In this document: in pieces, positions 61,985 through 64,000 of the stretch
How positions within the stretch are numbered: position 1 is the stretch's first letter
Layout of the letters: every line of letters starts with the position of its first letter
Origin: the human T2T-CHM13v2.0 reference genome, Homo sapiens
Direction: 5' to 3' (one strand)
DNA length: 64,000 bases
NCBI RefSeq assembly: GCF_009914755.1
Contig: NC_060936.1
The notes under the pieces: generated by a model
The model's database searches: none
Told to the model about the DNA's origin: nothing
The model's input: the letters and a program-made list of their open reading frames with translations, nothing else
Translations under genes and position numbers: made by a program

Positions 61985-63915
61985 TATCCAAGTCATCCAG
62001 ATAATGGGAAATAGAGAATGTGAATCTTCCATATTGTGGTATTATTAAAGAGCATTAAGTAACGAGCTGGTAGGTTCTTTACCTCTTATTCATGTATTAC
62101 TCAGAAATGCCTCACTTTTCTGGAATTCCAAATCTCTCAGCAATCATATTCAAATGCCATCCCTTTTACTAACACACATATAAAGTGGTGATAGTTTTTT
62201 TTTTTTTTTTTTTTTTTTTCATTGAAACCTACACTTGGCCTCTGGAGACAACTGAACTTATTTATAGCAGTGCAGGGATTCATTTTTAAAATTACTTTCC
62301 CATGTCGTCTATGACACATAAAAAAGAAAGGCGTGCTCTGAGCCAATTGGGATAGGGATTATGTATGGCATATGTAGCAACTGCTCCTCTCTTCCTGTTT
62401 TGTACATGTGTCCAATAGAGGAAGAGCAGCTGCATCATTTGTCATTAAGTATTAGGCAAGTAAGGGCTTTGTCTGGGGAGAATGACACAGAATAAACATT
62501 TCCCACCTTGGAAATAAATGTCTCCTATTGGCTTCGATGTGTGTGTTGATAAACGATTTTCGATTGCCTAAGGATTTCTCTGCTAATGGGAGGCCATTAC
62601 TTTCTACAACGTTCAACAACACTGATATTATCCCGCGATGCCAATGCATTTGTGCTCCGTGGCAGTCATGGAGACTGAAAGTGCCTGCCAAACCAATGTG
62701 TGACAGGTCACATTTGCAATGCCAGTGCACAGTTACCCTCTGCAGAGCTTTGCTCTCCTGGGATACTTCTATTCTTAACTATTCATCGGAATTTAATTAC
62801 TAGCAGACTTTTCATCCTGAAAGTTGCCACCACCAGCTAATTTCAACAATACAAGAAGCCCCAGTGTCATCCAAGAAGGCCACCTTATACAAAGTACCTA
62901 AAATAGCTGCAAGGTTCTCAAGTGAGTATTCATAGTAAGAGAAAAGAGTGCACGCTGGCCAAGTTAGAAGTGGGATCCTGGAGCCAGCCTCTCATTCTTG
63001 GCAAACAACGCAAATGCAGCAGGCCTCTCTGTGATAGCAGCGTGGCAGCGAATGAACAGCTCCTTCTCTCCCTTTAGAAAATGTTTAGGGCCATCGTTAC
63101 AGAACTCTTTTCAGGCTTCAAGTTTTAATGTTCTGGTGGGAGAAATGAAAGTATCATTTCCCAACACATTAGAAAATGCCTAAGGTACACAGATAGGATG
63201 GGCTACCTGTTTGCCTTATTTCGTATATCCAGCCAGATTGTCTACATATTGCCTTCTGAACATACCTTCTACTCTCTCCTTTCCAAATATCTGCTTCCTT
63301 TGATTTCTGCCAAACGAAATGTTTGCCCCACCACCCTGCCCTACGACCATCCTCTCTGATAAGCAAGGTACTCAAATAAACTATATCTTAACAAATAGTT
63401 ACCCCTGTAGCATGATGTACTTTCAATTGGAGAGCAGAGACCAAGGAAGGAAAACGAGATTTCAGGAATCATGCACAACATAATGGACCCAAAGAAGACA
63501 ATGGCAGAGAAGTGAAGGGAGAGATGCCAGAGGGCATCACTCAACAGTACTCTTACTGTTCTAGGGACACTGATAGATGGACCGCATGATGTACAACATA
63601 AGACAACAACAAGGTTATGTGGATAAATTCTATAGTAAAATACACTTAAGAAACAGTAGTCCAAATAATTAAAATACATTTATTTTCTGCAAGATTTCCC
63701 AGAGCCTGATGTGTGTTGTTATTCTCCAAGAAGTAGATACATTTGACCCAGGATTCCCCCTCCTCCCTTTTTGGTAATAACCTCTCTTAGAACTAATATT
63801 CCATGGCACACGGGTTTTAAAAGAGTTTCTCAGAAAAAAAGGAGAATTAAGCATATGATAGAAATGAAATGGTTTAAATCTCGGGATGACTGAAAAATAT
63901 GTACATTCTACCCAG

Positions 63916-63919
<4 letters not shown>

Positions 63920-63973
<54 letters not shown>
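63920..63973. repeat. (TA)n microsatellite, ~27 units
   Basis: Direct reading of the sequence. Confidence 0.97.
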
Positions 63974-63976
<3 letters not shown>

Positions 63977-64000
63977 AATCAAAAGTTGGGTAAAATATAA

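Overview
This is repeat-rich, AT-rich primate (most likely human) non-coding DNA. I found no supportable cellular protein-coding gene, tRNA, rRNA or CRISPR array. Every long ORF belongs to a LINE-1, ERV or Alu. From memory only (needs BLAT), the repeat-poor block at ~59.8-62.0 kb looks like VISTA forebrain enhancer hs192 / the distal SOX2-OT (SOX2DOT) start region at 3q26.33, between DNAJC19 and SOX2. The window holds the 5' end of an L1PA2/3 (-), a full-length L1PA7/8 (-), a full-length L1PA2/3 (+), an LTR-less ERVL internal region, two MER4-group solo LTRs, MaLR LTRs, about 13 Alus, and MIR, L2 and hAT relics. The most notable observations are: (1) an antisense Kruppel C2H2 zinc-finger relic (41-codon ORF) inside the putative hs192/SOX2DOT element; (2) an ancient L1 3' transduction carrying a foreign MaLR fragment and its own poly(A) signal into a MER4 LTR; (3) one ~15-bp target site apparently reused by successive L1 insertions, two of them 5'-inverted; (4) an intact 71-aa L1 ORF0 and an intact stand-alone L1 endonuclease ORF. 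I cannot support a wholly new multi-gene system here. Subfamily names are by-eye calls and should be confirmed with RepeatMasker/Dfam.
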